IMG/VR virus record: IMGVR_UViG_2654587728_000014
Span: 5,853 to 69,852 of that record
Length of the DNA: 64,000 bases
From: a virus
Taxonomy: Duplodnaviria; Heunggongvirae; Uroviricota; Caudoviricetes
Reading direction: 5' to 3' (one strand)
A program made the position numbers and the translations under genes. How positions within the stretch are numbered: the stretch's first letter is position 1; the number at the start of each line of letters is the position of its first letter. The notes below the pieces were generated by a model that was given only the letters and a program-made list of their open reading frames with translations, ran no database searches and was not told the DNA's origin. This document shows positions 1 to 8,835 of the stretch, one piece after another.

Positions 1-1
1 C

Positions 2-196
2 GGGATCGGTATGTCTTTTGATGCAATCAGAGGGGCTTTTTATGATGCAGGAACACGATCTGCGAGAATGCCGAATAACACAACTGATATAGGCAAAACC
101 GATGACCTTGGATTCGACGCCTCTCGTGTCGTGCCAACAGCTAATGAAAACCGTCCACGTAACATCGCCTTTAATTATATTGTGAGGGCTGCATAA
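2..196 (+). CDS. tail-fibre protein, C-terminal fragment (5' part lies upstream of the window)
   Basis: Frame is open from position 2; ends RPRNIAFNYIVRAA, the same C-terminal signature as the fibres at 38035-39489 and 1714-2220; immediately followed by a tfa gene. Confidence 0.6.
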   Translation, partial: GIGMSFDAIRGAFYDAGTRSARMPNNTTDIGKTDDLGFDASRVVPTANENRPRNIAFNYIVRAA

Positions 197-789
197 TGAA
201 ACCTGTTTTTGATGAAAATGGGCTGGCTACAGTGCCGGGTGATATGCGTTGTTATTATTATGATGCAGTAACGTCTGAATATACGGGCTGGTCTGATGAA
301 TATATTAATACTGGCGTAAGTATGCCCGTTTGTTCCACTGGTATTGACCCGGGCGAATACATTCCGGGAAGAGTGGCAGTATTTACGGGTAAGGGATGGA
401 GCCATGAAGAAGACCATCGCAATGAGACCGTTTACTCAACTGAAAATGGCGCAGCTGTTACAGTGGATTATATCGGTGCCATCAAAGACGGTTATGTCAC
501 GCTTTCACCGTTAACGCCATACGATAAATGGGATGGTGAGAAATGGGTGACGGATACCGAGGCACAGCATAGCGCCGCAGTAGAAGCTGCAGAAGCACAG
601 CGCCAGTCGCTGATTGATGCTGCAATGGCTTCCATCAGTCTGATTCAACTGAAATTACAGGCCGGGCGGAAGCTGACGCAGCCAGAAAACACCCGACTTA
701 ACGCTGTGCTGGATTATATTGACGCGGTGACGGCAACAGATACCAGCACAGCGCCGGACGTCATCTGGCCTGAACTGCCGGAGGCGTAG
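196..789 (+). CDS. tail-fibre assembly chaperone (Tfa / Mu U / P2 G family)
   Basis: 197 aa; conserved ETVYSTENG, KWVTDTE and LNAVLDYID blocks shared with the homologue at 39496-40110; start overlaps upstream fibre stop. Confidence 0.8.
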   Translation: MKPVFDENGLATVPGDMRCYYYDAVTSEYTGWSDEYINTGVSMPVCSTGIDPGEYIPGRVAVFTGKGWSHEEDHRNETVYSTENGAAVTVDYIGAIKDGYVTLSPLTPYDKWDGEKWVTDTEAQHSAAVEAAEAQRQSLIDAAMASISLIQLKLQAGRKLTQPENTRLNAVLDYIDAVTATDTSTAPDVIWPELPEA

Positions 790-1204
790 GCCATTCAATA
801 TCTGGCGCACCGGAAGTATCGACCAGTTCCAGTGCGTCCAGATAATCCAGCCACAAATTATATTGCGCCAGTTCCTCACCTTTCAGGCGACCAATCGCCG
901 CTTTACCAGGCCATTGCTTACTGTATATGTATTCGTTGACCTGATTAATCAATTGCTGCTTTTCCAGTTCGGCTGCAGCAATTTGTTCCTCATGAGTTGG
1001 CGGTGGAATTTCCCCCCAGGTGGGAAGGCCATCATCACCCGCGATGCGTACTTTCCCTTGCAACGTTCTGTCTTCAATAAATTCCAGGTAAGTGTCATAT
1101 GTCACTTCGACAACATCAGCAAGTTCCCATCCGGCCTGTTCATATTTCGCCACATCATTTTTAGCGAAAAAACTATTTTTTGAGGCGCTATAAACCATTT
1201 CCAT
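761..1204 (-). CDS. tail-fibre assembly chaperone, inverted copy (U'-like)
   Basis: 147 aa with LWLDYLDALELVDTSGAPDIEWP tail typical of Tfa C-termini; convergent with and overlapping the 196-789 gene by 29 bp. Confidence 0.75.
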   Translation of the reverse strand: MEMVYSASKNSFFAKNDVAKYEQAGWELADVVEVTYDTYLEFIEDRTLQGKVRIAGDDGLPTWGEIPPPTHEEQIAAAELEKQQLINQVNEYIYSKQWPGKAAIGRLKGEELAQYNLWLDYLDALELVDTSGAPDIEWPTPPAVQAR

Positions 1205-1205
1205 A

Positions 1206-1724
1206 TTAATACCCTACTGCAATATAAAAAACTGATTCACCAGCGTCCTGAGAACCTACCCCCGGAACGCCAGACCAGGTTTTGTTAATGAATGCAAAAC
1301 TGGTATTACTCAGATCAGATGCTCTGTACATCGGGCTGAACATCCAGTAGTTGGCTCCATATGTTTGTCCGAAAACAATGCCATAGCACTGATTTGTAAA
1401 TGGCGTAGAAAATAATTTTCCACCAGTACCAGCGATAGTCCCGAATCGCATCTGGAACCCATTCGGGAAATTAATTCCGCCTGCCGGTGAAGACCAGTAA
1501 GACATATCAGGTATTTGCCCAGCACTATTTCCCACGTTTTTTGTTGCAACGGTTCCTAACCCAAGATTAGCTCTTGCGTCAGATTTATTTGTTAACTCAT
1601 AAAGATTATTTGCCTTTTGAAGTGCTCCTATTATGCGTAAATCATCACCAGCGGCAACGGTTCCGACTGTCGTGCCCACATCCCTTTTCGCCGCTTCTCC
1701 TAAACCAACGTTTCTATGCCGCCC
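1206..1724 (-). CDS. alternative tail-fibre C-terminal cassette (Sv'-like), probably promoterless
   Basis: ORF 1206-1679 stays open upstream to a stop at 1725-1727; the extension encodes NVGLGE across the motif at 1695-1720; Gly/Thr/Asn-rich receptor-binding-like sequence. Confidence 0.5.
   Translation of the reverse strand, partial: GRHRNVGLGEAAKRDVGTTVGTVAAGDDLRIIGALQKANNLYELTNKSDARANLGLGTVATKNVGNSAGQIPDMSYWSSPAGGINFPNGFQMRFGTIAGTGGKLFSTPFTNQCYGIVFGQTYGANYWMFSPMYRASDLSNTSFAFINKTWSGVPGVGSQDAGESVFYIAVGY
1695..1720. other. candidate gix/hix-like crossover site 1
   Basis: TTCTCCTAAACCAACGTTTCTATGCC; half-site TTCTCCTAAACC plus AA core resembles hixL TTCTTGAAAACCAAGG (from memory); encodes the LGLGE junction. 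Confidence 0.35.
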
Positions 1725-2220
1725 TTACGATGTAATTAAACGCAATGTTACGGGGACGAATGGTCACATAATTAACCCCATCGCCTCGCGAAGGACCTGC
1801 AAATGAAAAACGGGAGAATCCAGGTTGGTTGTCAAGGATTTGGTCATAGTTATTGATTGAATGACCAGACCCAATGTCAAAATTACCTGCGTAATGAGAA
1901 AAACTTGTACCATCCTGCCGTGAAAGCAGATCGCGCCCTGTATCCACTTTTCGCCCGTCGTCCCATCCACGGATAAACTCACCGCGCAAATCGGGAAGAC
2001 GGAGGGTCGGGTAGACTCTGGCCAGAACAGGATATTGTTCTTTTGTAAAGGCGCGCCCGTCGCACTTTAACCAGCCTGCTGGCGGTGTGGCAGTGGGCCA
2101 CGGAACAGGTACACCAACGGGCAGCGCCGAGCCTTCCCCCAAACCAACGTTTTCGTTTTTATCCCTACCTATACCAACTCTGTATTTTTCACGAAACAAA
2201 GAGGATGTTTTTTTATGCAA
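1714..2220 (-). CDS. alternative tail-fibre C-terminal cassette 2 (Sv''-like)
   Basis: Encodes NVGLGEGSALPVGVPVPWPTATPPAGWLKCDGRAFTKEQYPVLARVYPTLRLPDLRGEFIRGWDDGRKVDTGR and ends RPRNIAFNYIVRAA; nearly identical over ~200 bp to the H gene at 40425-40625; track start is a TTG so the real unit probably begins at the motif near 2134. Confidence 0.55.
   Translation of the reverse strand: MHKKTSSLFREKYRVGIGRDKNENVGLGEGSALPVGVPVPWPTATPPAGWLKCDGRAFTKEQYPVLARVYPTLRLPDLRGEFIRGWDDGRKVDTGRDLLSRQDGTSFSHYAGNFDIGSGHSINNYDQILDNQPGFSRFSFAGPSRGDGVNYVTIRPRNIAFNYIVRAA
2134..2159. other. candidate gix/hix-like crossover site 2
   Basis: TTCCCCCAAACCAACGTTTTCGTTTT about 55 bp upstream of the invertase start; partial dyad AAACC-AA-CGTTT. 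Confidence 0.4.
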
Positions 2221-2814
2221 ATTGGCTATATTCGTGTGTCAACAAATGACCAGAACACGGATTTACAACGCAATGCACTGAACTGCGCAGGATGTGAACT
2301 GATTTTTGAAGATAAAATCAGCGGAACGAAATCAGCCAGACCGGGATTGAAAAAACTGCTCAGAACGCTATCAGAAGGAGATACGCTGGTTGTCTGGAAG
2401 CTGGACAGACTGGGCAGAAGTATGAAACACCTGATCACGCTTATTGAGGAATTGCGGGAAAAAGGTGTTAATTTCCGTAGTCTGACGGACAGCATTGACA
2501 CATCAACACCCATGGGGCGTTTCTTTTTTCACGTCATGGGGGCTTTAGCCGAAATGGAACGTGAATTAATTGTAGAGCGTACACTGGCCGGGCTGGCAGC
2601 AGCACGCGCACAAGGACGCATTGGCGGACGTCGCCCGAAGTTGACAAAAGAACAACACGAGCAAATAGCGAGGCTGATTAAAAACGGTCATGACAGGAAA
2701 CAACTGGCGATCATTTACGACATCGGCATATCGACGATTTATCGTTATCACCCTGTAGGCGATATACAGGCTGAAGAAACAACCAGGCAGACTCAGGAAA
2801 ATAAAAACCGCTAA
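2215..2814 (+). CDS. gin: DNA invertase, serine recombinase (Gin/Hin/Pin/Cin family)
   Basis: 199 aa; MQIGYIRVSTNDQNTDLQRNAL, VVWKLDRLGRSMKHLI and MGRFFFHVMGALAEMERELIVERT match the Mu Gin sequence as I remember it, including the catalytic Ser region and C-terminal HTH. Confidence 0.9.
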   Translation: MQIGYIRVSTNDQNTDLQRNALNCAGCELIFEDKISGTKSARPGLKKLLRTLSEGDTLVVWKLDRLGRSMKHLITLIEELREKGVNFRSLTDSIDTSTPMGRFFFHVMGALAEMERELIVERTLAGLAAARAQGRIGGRRPKLTKEQHEQIARLIKNGHDRKQLAIIYDIGISTIYRYHPVGDIQAEETTRQTQENKNR

Positions 2815-2833
2815 TCTGACCATTAGCGGTTTT
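2804..2833. terminator. bidirectional intrinsic terminator hairpin between invertase and gpU
   Basis: AAAACCGCTAAT-CTGACC-ATTAGCGGTTTT perfect stem with A and T runs on both sides, overlapping the invertase stop. Confidence 0.45.
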
Positions 2834-2840
2834 GCGTTAA

Positions 2841-3335
2841 TCAAAACAGCCCTTTAACGGAGCTGGCCGCGCTGTTAAGGGATGATGTGACCTTATCTTT
2901 GAAGCCGGACAGCATATCACTGAACGATGAGGATTGCAGGCGCTCCCGCAAATCCTCATCACAGCGTTCAAGAGTCAGTGAAAATTCTATCTTTTTCGCC
3001 TTACCGTAGCGATCAAACTCGGAACGGGTCGTATTCGTTTCAGTCAGTACATACATGCCGTAAATCTGCCCGACACCATCAATCAGAGGCCAGGGGCGTC
3101 CTGTATATGCCTGCGTGGTCAGCAACGAAAGCGACACTTCGCCACCTGTAATTTCAGGATAAAGCACGCCGGAAAGCACGATGCGATCATCACCTGCGCC
3201 GATATACTGCCAGCTTGCTGAACGGTTAACGCGTTCATTTTTCACATGCCGCCAGCTTTTGTTTTGCTGTAACTGCTGATGCGGCAATGTGCGCAGCTCA
3301 AAAACAAACATGCCGTAGATCATCATCATGGCCAT
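2841..3335 (-). CDS. phage tail protein, P2 gpU-like
   Basis: 164 aa starting MAMMMIYGMFVFEL with GVLYPEITGG and WPLIDGVGQIYGMYV, matching the P2 gpU pattern as remembered. Confidence 0.75.
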   Translation of the reverse strand: MAMMMIYGMFVFELRTLPHQQLQQNKSWRHVKNERVNRSASWQYIGAGDDRIVLSGVLYPEITGGEVSLSLLTTQAYTGRPWPLIDGVGQIYGMYVLTETNTTRSEFDRYGKAKKIEFSLTLERCDEDLRERLQSSSFSDMLSGFKDKVTSSLNSAASSVKGLF

Positions 3336-3341
3336 GACTCC

Positions 3342-4757
3342 TCAATCTTTATCGTAAAAACTGCCACGCCCGGCACGGGCGCGCCGTTCCATTTCTGCCC
3401 TGACCATTTCGCCAATCAGTTTCGCCAGTTCGCGGGGATTCTGTGTAACAACGTTATGCAGATGAACATGAATTTCACCGCCAAATCCGGAGGCAACAGG
3501 CTCCCGGTTACGGGAAGTTGCAGGAACTGATGCCACTGGCGATCGTATAGCCTCCGCCACCGGGCGGGAGCTGGCCGCAACAACAGGGACCAGCGCCGGA
3601 GGCAGCGGAGCCGGAACCACGGGTGTGATAGTAATTGCGGGGGCAGGCTTACTGACCTGCGCAATCTTCCGCTCCTGCCACTCCCCACGAACAGCAAGTG
3701 CGCGGGGCAGGTTCTTAAAGACAATATCGCCGGGGCCAATGCGTTTTTTCGTCTCATCAACCAGCTTACCTGTGTTATCAGCAATTTTGCTGAGTCTGCG
3801 TAGCGTACCGGTATTGTTGTCTGTGAGCGGTTTGTTGTCTCTGGGTTTATCGCCTTTTTTGTCGTCGACCTTATCTGACGGGGCCGGGCCGGGAGTCCAT
3901 GGTTTCTGAACCATTTTCTTGAGAACCGGATCCCATTCCCACATTACAGGAGCCTTTGAAGCGTTCTCTATTTTCTTTCTCGCCCGTTCCGCTTCATCCG
4001 GAAGCACTCCGAGCTTTTCAAGTATCCACGCCAGTGAATCCATCAATGCTTTTGTTGGCGTCAGGACAAGCTCTATCGCTCCACCGAGTACCCTGCCGAA
4101 TACCTCGCCAGCACTGGTACATTTATCCAGCGTTTCCTTGCTGGACTCCATCGGTGACAGCAGCGATTTAAACCAGTTAAAGACCTGAATAATCCCATCG
4201 CGCACGACATCAAAAACTGGACCGAACCGTTCAAAGGTTTCGCGCAACGGAGCCAGCCGTTCCATAATCCCACTGAACACCCCTGCATAAAACGCCTTGA
4301 TGGGTTCCCAGTATTTCCAGATGAGAACCGCCGCAGCCACAAACGCAGCAGCAATCAATCCGACCGGGCTGAACAGCGCCCCGATAGCGCCCCCCAGTAA
4401 CGAAACGGAACCCGTCACCATTCCCCATAGTGCTGGCAGGAGCCTGACAGCATTCATTGATCCGGTCAGGAGGGAAAAGCCAAGACGCAGTTTTGCCAGC
4501 GGGCCAGCAAGCACACCAATAGCCAACGACAACGAGCCGACCGTTGCAGTCATCGCCAGCAATGCCCCACCTGCAATCAGTAGCTGGCGCGTCAGTGCCG
4601 GATGGGCCTGCGCCAGCGCCGTCACCTTTGATACCACCCGCGTGAGCCACTGCGTGACAGAACGCAGCGGACCGTCAATCAGATCTGCAATGCGGATGCG
4701 CAACCCTTCCCATGCACTGCCGAGTGATTTCAGATCGCCGTCAAGGTTGTTGGCCAT
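3342..4757 (-). CDS. tail tape-measure protein, C-terminal part only (5'-truncated, likely pseudogene)
   Basis: 471 aa with Gly/Ala-rich TM-like stretches and a C-terminal proline-rich region; about half the length of P2 gpT; frame stays open upstream only to ~4895 where unrelated sequence begins. Confidence 0.6.
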   Translation of the reverse strand: MANNLDGDLKSLGSAWEGLRIRIADLIDGPLRSVTQWLTRVVSKVTALAQAHPALTRQLLIAGGALLAMTATVGSLSLAIGVLAGPLAKLRLGFSLLTGSMNAVRLLPALWGMVTGSVSLLGGAIGALFSPVGLIAAAFVAAAVLIWKYWEPIKAFYAGVFSGIMERLAPLRETFERFGPVFDVVRDGIIQVFNWFKSLLSPMESSKETLDKCTSAGEVFGRVLGGAIELVLTPTKALMDSLAWILEKLGVLPDEAERARKKIENASKAPVMWEWDPVLKKMVQKPWTPGPAPSDKVDDKKGDKPRDNKPLTDNNTGTLRRLSKIADNTGKLVDETKKRIGPGDIVFKNLPRALAVRGEWQERKIAQVSKPAPAITITPVVPAPLPPALVPVVAASSRPVAEAIRSPVASVPATSRNREPVASGFGGEIHVHLHNVVTQNPRELAKLIGEMVRAEMERRARAGRGSFYDKD

Positions 4758-4831
4758 AACCTTTGCTGTGCGTTCAGCCTCACCGCGCGCGCCTTCAAGT
4801 TCTTTTCTCAGTTTGGGTAAGGAGCCGTCAC

Positions 4832-4906
<75 letters not shown>

Positions 4907-4907
4907 T

Positions 4908-4964
<57 letters not shown>

Positions 4965-4993
4965 CAGAACTCGCGCCAGCCTGATTGCAGATA

Positions 4994-5383
4994 TTACTCT
5001 TTTTTCTCCGTATCTGCATCGGGTTCATCAGCAAATAGCTTGCCCTGCATCCGATCCAGTTCTTCTTTTCTTACCCGCTTAACCACGCTGTAGACCCACT
5101 GAAGCGAAACACCAAATTTGCGGGCCAGTTCGTGGTGGTTGCGTCCGTTAAACTCCCTGAAGATTTCCCGGTCGCGCTGACTGACCTTCCATACCATGCC
5201 CATCGGGAAATAAACGTTTTGCCCGCCCCAGACCTGCATCATTCGGTTCGCGACGGCCTGACCAATCTGGTCGGCAACTTCGGGCTCAATATCAATAATC
5301 TCGCGAACGGTCTCAGAGGTATGCTGTGCCAGTTCCACCAGGAGTTCCGGCCCCTTACTTCGAAACTGATTCAGGTCGCTCAT
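4994..5383 (-). CDS. Mor/C-family transcriptional activator
   Basis: 129 aa; C-terminal FNGRNHHELARKFGVSLQWVYSVVKR resembles the Mor HTH region (Mu Mor FNGRN...YG...VY..I.R); acidic tail. Confidence 0.65.
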   Translation of the reverse strand: MSDLNQFRSKGPELLVELAQHTSETVREIIDIEPEVADQIGQAVANRMMQVWGGQNVYFPMGMVWKVSQRDREIFREFNGRNHHELARKFGVSLQWVYSVVKRVRKEELDRMQGKLFADEPDADTEKKE

Positions 5384-5804
5384 GTTTGACTCCCGCAGCT
5401 CTGCGCTGCCACTTCTTCAGTTTCTCAATAACACTGCTTGCCTGTTCAGTACTGAGCCAGCGCAGGGCGCTGATGCCCGTTTCCCGCTTGATCCACCTCG
5501 CTAATGCATTTTCTGAACGGTCACGAACAATGCCGGCAGCAGCCATTTCAAGCCATAGCGCACGAATTTTCCTGGACTGCGGATGGTTATCCAGCGGTAA
5601 ACCGGAGCTGGCTTTTCTGGCTGGTTTAACGCGAAAGCCTTTCTTTTTCATGGATTCCAGCACGCAGTTTAGTTGTGTGGTATCCATTCCTTTGGTTGAG
5701 GCTTTACCGGTCAGCCCCTGTAACATCTGGCGGTAGGTGTCTTCATCCATACCCAGTTCATTACGGGCAATATGGATAAGCTGTATCAGGCGTTTTTTCT
5801 GCAT
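5355..5804 (-). CDS. GemA-like protein (Mu gp16 / DUF1018 family)
   Basis: 149 aa; LIQLIHIARNELGMDEDTYRQMLQ and KIRALWLEMAAAGIVRD blocks, position just upstream of Mor as in Mu. Confidence 0.5.
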   Translation of the reverse strand: MQKKRLIQLIHIARNELGMDEDTYRQMLQGLTGKASTKGMDTTQLNCVLESMKKKGFRVKPARKASSGLPLDNHPQSRKIRALWLEMAAAGIVRDRSENALARWIKRETGISALRWLSTEQASSVIEKLKKWQRRAAGVKHERPESVSK

Positions 5805-5805
5805 A

Positions 5806-6168
5806 TCATCTCCTTTTTTTCAGTCTGTCGGCAACAATGTCGGTTGCAGCTGGCAGGGTGACTGGCCAGAACAACATGACGGCGGTCATGTACAGGATGT
5901 AATGCGCGGTGTCGTAGTGCCTGCCATAGCCCAGGGAACGATGAAGTCTTGCGCTGCATGATCCTGCGTACATATACCAGAAAAGAAAACAGACAATGGT
6001 TTCAGTAGTCATTCTGAATACCTCCCCATTCGATATGAATATTACGGGCAGCAATGACAGGGTCGTTATTCCACCATGCACCTGACATGTATTTTTCAAC
6101 CTGTTCGCGTCCGGCAATAACACCAATTGTGATCCCCGGCCTGACGTTCTTAAAAAAGGCGCGGGCAA
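5806..6168 (-). CDS. small hypothetical membrane protein (probable start near 6012)
   Basis: Hydrophobic segments CFLFWYMYAG and ILYMTAVMLFWPVTL; abuts the GemA-like stop. Confidence 0.3.
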   Translation of the reverse strand: MPAPFLRTSGRGSQLVLLPDANRLKNTCQVHGGITTLSLLPVIFISNGEVFRMTTETIVCFLFWYMYAGSCSARLHRSLGYGRHYDTAHYILYMTAVMLFWPVTLPAATDIVADRLKKRR

Positions 6169-6232
6169 AAAGGTATCTGGCAGATATTCGGCAGGCTTTT
6201 AATTTCCGGCTTTTACCTGATAGCGTAATCAT
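6002..6232 (-). CDS. hypothetical protein
   Basis: 76-aa ORF in the early-operon strand between flanking genes; no recognisable motif. Confidence 0.25.
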   Translation of the reverse strand: MITLSGKSRKLKACRISARYLFARAFFKNVRPGITIGVIAGREQVEKYMSGAWWNNDPVIAARNIHIEWGGIQNDY

Positions 6233-6948
6233 CTGGCCTCCAGTTTCTGTTGTTCCTGCCCACTGACCGGGCGGTGCAGTCTGACGTTCTGCCCTTCACG
6301 AAACCCCGCATAGCGCGAGGCGTCGCCATTGCGGCTTCTTCCCGGTTTACGCGCCCTGGTGGTTTGCGTCTGCGGGTATTTATGTTCCAGCCACTGCTGC
6401 ATCAGTTCACGCTCATCATCGGTCAGGGCAAAGGACTGTATTTCACTGATAACGGCCAGCACCCAGCCTTCGGCAAACTGGTCTCCACGGCTGGTGCGGG
6501 TGGCGGTTTTTATTCTTTTGTTCTGTGCACTGATATACTGCTGACGCGCCTTTTTCAGCTGACGGGCCAGCACTTCCCAGGTGTATGCAGCCAGTGCCGC
6601 ACGTTCCCGGTTGCCGTAGAACCCCACAGACGGATGCGTGCCGGGGTGAATGATGGAGTTAACACCAAATACCTCGCGGATGATGTTCATCAGGCCCAGC
6701 ATGTAGCGCGGTGGACGGAGACTGCCTGTCGGCCAGTAGTGACTGATGGTTTCATCAATATCACTCATAGCAATGTCGGAATGTGTGATGCCGTGAACAT
6801 CCATCAGTTTACGGGCTCGGCACAGTGCCAGAGCGGCCTCGTGCGGGTTGCCGGATGCGGCCAGCGCCAGCAACTTTTTCAGTTTCTCAATGTGTTTATT
6901 CTGGTCTGTCATTGTTCTGTATCTCCGGTATTTTTCTGCCGTTTCCAT
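6229..6948 (-). CDS. DUF2786-like protein
   Basis: 239 aa; N-terminal KLKKLLALAASGNPHEAALALCRARKLM motif typical of the DUF2786 family as I recall. Confidence 0.45.
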   Translation of the reverse strand: METAEKYRRYRTMTDQNKHIEKLKKLLALAASGNPHEAALALCRARKLMDVHGITHSDIAMSDIDETISHYWPTGSLRPPRYMLGLMNIIREVFGVNSIIHPGTHPSVGFYGNRERAALAAYTWEVLARQLKKARQQYISAQNKRIKTATRTSRGDQFAEGWVLAVISEIQSFALTDDERELMQQWLEHKYPQTQTTRARKPGRSRNGDASRYAGFREGQNVRLHRPVSGQEQQKLEAR

Positions 6949-7124
6949 GCCCGGACAGCGTCGGACAGCTCTTTCAGGCTGTATGCTGCTTTAAGCTTTT
7001 CCCATAACCACTGTGTTGTTATGTGCATCAGCAGGGCAGCCAGGGCTGCCCCCGCACTGAGGCATGTCGCCAGGCCAGTAAGAATCAGTATCCATGCGGT
7101 GATTTCCCTGAGTATGTCAGCCAT
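6909..7124 (-). CDS. small membrane protein
   Basis: 71 aa with one clear TM helix WILILTGLATCLSAGAALAALLM. Confidence 0.35.
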   Translation of the reverse strand: MADILREITAWILILTGLATCLSAGAALAALLMHITTQWLWEKLKAAYSLKELSDAVRAWKRQKNTGDTEQ

Positions 7125-7138
7125 TGAATGCCTCCCGG

Positions 7139-7435
7139 TTACTCGTTCGTGTAAATCACGCCCAGTCGTGCAGCCAGACGTTCCAGTTTTTTCTGTTTGT
7201 GGAAGTCAATCAGCCGGTCCATCCCCTGAAGGCGCAATTGCTCTGTCATGATTTCCACGTCTGCCAGCTCTGCCGCGAGGTCGCTTTCGCTGCCCTGTCC
7301 GTTCAGATTGCGGGCAGCACTGGCCGCCAGTTCAGCGGCCTCTTCTGTCAGTTTCAGGGCCTGTGCGTCCGGCCCGAAACGCTGCAGGGCCAGACGGTAG
7401 AGGGCGGTGCGGGTGAGTATGGTGTTCCGTGTCAT
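7139..7435 (-). CDS. hypothetical protein, possible MazG-like all-alpha fold
   Basis: 98 aa; LTEEAAELAASAA and ELADVEIM motifs resemble MazG/HisE-type helices; weak. Confidence 0.3.
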   Translation of the reverse strand: MTRNTILTRTALYRLALQRFGPDAQALKLTEEAAELAASAARNLNGQGSESDLAAELADVEIMTEQLRLQGMDRLIDFHKQKKLERLAARLGVIYTNE

Positions 7436-7444
7436 GCCGCGCCC

Positions 7445-7717
7445 TCAGTGCTTCCGGCTGACGGTGATGTGCAGGCCGCCTTCTGCAGTGGTTTCCATCC
7501 GGTACGGCACCTCATGCGCTGCCGTGTGGGTTAGTGTGTTCACCAGTACCTGCAGGGCAGCCGCCTTTCCGTTGGTCGCCACAATGGCTTGAGCGGTCAT
7601 GCTGATTAGCGCCGTCAGGACGTGCTTCACATCGGTGAGGTCGCGGCATTCACACTCGTTGACATAGTGTTCAACAAGGGTTCGGGTGCGCTGTCGTGCT
7701 TCCTGTGGGGTAATCAT
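7445..7717 (-). CDS. hypothetical protein
   Basis: 90-aa ORF tightly packed in the minus-strand operon. Confidence 0.35.
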   Translation of the reverse strand: MITPQEARQRTRTLVEHYVNECECRDLTDVKHVLTALISMTAQAIVATNGKAAALQVLVNTLTHTAAHEVPYRMETTAEGGLHITVSRKH

Positions 7718-7908
7718 TGCGAGTCCTCCCTGTCAGGGCGGGAGAATTCCATGACGGGCACGTCTGCCGAAAAATGCTGGCTGCAGTACGGGCAGACCAG
7801 GGTGACGCGTACCGCAGGGATGTGGTATTTACCGGACATCACGGCGATGGCGCTGTGAAAACGCAGGGCTGTTATATCCCTCTCGCACTGAATACATTTA
7901 AATATCAT
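7714..7908 (-). CDS. small Cys4 zinc-ribbon-like protein
   Basis: 64 aa with CIQC...CPYC spacing typical of a zinc ribbon. Confidence 0.35.
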   Translation of the reverse strand: MIFKCIQCERDITALRFHSAIAVMSGKYHIPAVRVTLVCPYCSQHFSADVPVMEFSRPDREDSQ

Positions 7909-8005
7909 GATTTAATTCTCCTCTGTTTCCGGCGTGCAGAAGCCCGCGGCGCTGACGTCGGAATAAAAAAGAAAATGTTTTTATTAAATAATTAACGTGG
8001 TGTGT

Positions 8006-8536
8006 TTACTGCACATCCTGCTCAAAAGGAATTATTGAAAAATCCTCAATGTCGCTTTTAATGGAAATACCGGGAATATTTTTCACGGCCTCTTTTTCAT
8101 TCAGGATAGCGTCTTTATTTATTTCCTCTTTTACACGAATAAAGCGCTCAAGCCCCAGACGTCTCAGCAGTTCAATGACATTATCCGCCCCGCGAATGCT
8201 GACTGACGGCGGACGGTTTCGCCACTGCACCTCGCCGGTGGTGAGGTTAGCGAACTTCACCTTCCCGTTGCCGGTCAGTTCATCACGGTGCGCCTCACAC
8301 CATGTCTGGATACCGGACTGCAGTTCGGCCATGCGTTTTTTCAGGCTCTCGGTGAGCGGGGCATAACGTGCAGTGATGTCGCCAATGGTGTCATTCATTT
8401 CTGTTTCAGCCCTGACCAGTTCACGTTGCGCGTCACCAAGCAGTCTGATTCCCTCAATGACCTCTTCGCGTGTCCCCGGCACCCAGAGTGCTGCTGCGGC
8501 TTTGATACGTTTTGCCCCTTTTGTACTTTTTGCCAT
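8006..8536 (-). CDS. gam: host-nuclease inhibitor protein Gam (Mu Gam family)
   Basis: 176 aa; MAKSTKGAKRIKAAAA, ELTGNGKVKFANLTTGEVQWRNRPPSVSIRG and GISIKSDIEDFSIIPFEQ match Mu Gam closely as remembered. Confidence 0.85.
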   Translation of the reverse strand: MAKSTKGAKRIKAAAALWVPGTREEVIEGIRLLGDAQRELVRAETEMNDTIGDITARYAPLTESLKKRMAELQSGIQTWCEAHRDELTGNGKVKFANLTTGEVQWRNRPPSVSIRGADNVIELLRRLGLERFIRVKEEINKDAILNEKEAVKNIPGISIKSDIEDFSIIPFEQDVQ

Positions 8537-8563
8537 ATTTTATGACTCCTCCTGTTGTGCTGA

Positions 8564-8833
8564 TTACCACAAAGATTCCGGCCACACGACGCGACAGCCG
8601 TGCAGTTCGAAAACGCCCTGACGGAAATGTCCCCTGTGGTCATGACCGGTATACAGATAACAGGCCTTTCCCTGCTCAAGCATGCGCATGCAATGCGCAC
8701 TCCGGGAAACGCGGATGACAGGTTTGTTACCCCTGATGGTGATGCTTTGTACATCCGTGTTCGTCGCCTTAAGCGCCATAATGGCTGACTGCACTTTGCT
8801 GATTTGCTGGTTGATACCTGTGGTGGATTTCAT
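8564..8833 (-). CDS. hypothetical protein (kil position between B and gam)
   Basis: 89-aa ORF. Confidence 0.4.
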   Translation of the reverse strand: MKSTTGINQQISKVQSAIMALKATNTDVQSITIRGNKPVIRVSRSAHCMRMLEQGKACYLYTGHDHRGHFRQGVFELHGCRVVWPESLW

Positions 8834-8835
8834 TA

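Larger units (their letters stand above)
1..2833. other. invertible tail-fibre cassette region (Mu G / P1 C segment-like) with adjacent invertase
   Basis: Convergent tfa genes, two promoterless fibre C-terminal cassettes on the minus strand each preceded by a TTCYCCYAAACCAA motif, and a serine invertase gene at 2215-2814. Confidence 0.6.

Noticed and set aside
11-196. 61-aa ORF treated as a complete small gene
   Set aside because: The frame is open to the window edge and the product ends with the fibre C-terminal signature RPRNIAFNYIVRAA, so it is the 3' end of a larger fibre gene rather than a standalone gene.
6250-7251. 333-aa plus-strand ORF across the early region
   Set aside because: Runs antisense across several tightly coupled minus-strand early genes; Cys/Phe/Arg-rich junk-like translation.
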